A model generated the notes under the pieces. That model did no database searches, had not been told where the DNA came from, and saw only the letters and a program-made list of their open reading frames with translations. A stretch of DNA of 64,000 nt, from the NCBI RefSeq assembly GCF_018350175.1, contig NC_058368.1:172362001-172426000 (forward strand). The letters are read 5' to 3'. Made by a program: the position numbers and the translations under genes. Below, in pieces: positions 63,575 through 64,000 of the stretch (its first letter is position 1; each line of letters opens with the position of its first letter). The DNA is from Felis catus (lineage: Eukaryota).

Positions 63575-63807
63575 GGGGCGCCTGGGTGGCTCAGTCAGTT
63601 TGAACGTCCTACTTCGGCTCAGATCATGATTTCAACAGTTCGTGGGTTCGAGCCCTGTGTCCGGCTCTGTGCTGACCGCTTGCTCAGAGCCTGGAGCTTG
63701 CTCGGATTCTGTCTCCTCCTCTCTCTGCCCCTTCCCCGCTTGTGCTCTGTCTCTCAGAGATAAATGTTAAAATTTTTTTTTTCTTTTAGTTAAAAAAAAA
63801 AAAAAGC
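63575..63807 (+). mobile_element. Can-SINE
   Basis: TSD aaag(c/t)cttgg. Confidence 0.95.
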
Positions 63808-64000
63808 AAAGTCTTGGACAGAAAAATAACTATTTTACTTTACCTCTTCAATTTCCCTGCAAAAACTAAACAAATCTACAAGTAAAATGTTGGCATACAT
63901 GGGCTTAAGATTTAATCCCTCCTTAAAGAAAATTAAGTTTGCTGTGACAAGGACAAAAACATTTGCTTCATGAAATTTTCGATCAACTAGTCTACTTAAC

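Noticed and set aside
706..63763. Dozens of similar 60-160 aa ORFs (GAPGWLS..., MAQSVK..., RERQSMNGGGAE...)
   Set aside because: Translations of Can-SINE copies and microsatellites, not genes.
497..63807. tRNA genes or a CRISPR-like repeat array
   Set aside because: All A/B-box sequences are SINE heads followed by CT tracts and A-tails. The repeats are dispersed, with no regular repeat-spacer periodicity.
1..64000. Naming the host gene
   Set aside because: No coding exon is present and I do not reliably recognise the UTR-like exons; any symbol would be a guess.

Overview
Mammalian genomic DNA from a felid (cat family), inferred from about 40 tRNA-derived carnivore SINEs (Can-SINE/SINEC). 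Seven of these are near-identical young SINEC_Fc-type copies with intact target-site duplications (TSDs). Most of the rest is older interspersed repeats (L1, HAL1, L2, MIR, MLT/MER21 LTRs, hAT MER elements), microsatellites and AT-rich unique sequence. I recognise no protein-coding exon, RNA gene or CRISPR-like system. The best non-repeat signal is a chain of 3-4 well-bounded minus-strand exon candidates (55557-55411, 34568-34514, 17106-16968, 4689-4436). The three larger ones are closed in all reading frames and contain short ATG-initiated ORFs. This fits the multi-exon 5' UTR of a large minus-strand gene, or a lncRNA, that I cannot name. Other items worth checking are an unexplained 268-codon antisense ORF, a 17-kb run of co-oriented SINEs, closely spaced inverted SINE pairs, nested or re-used insertion sites, and non-B-DNA tracts. 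The sequence alone does not support a claim of a new biological system. Repeat subfamily names are assigned from recalled consensus motifs, not from a database search, and boundaries of old elements are approximate.
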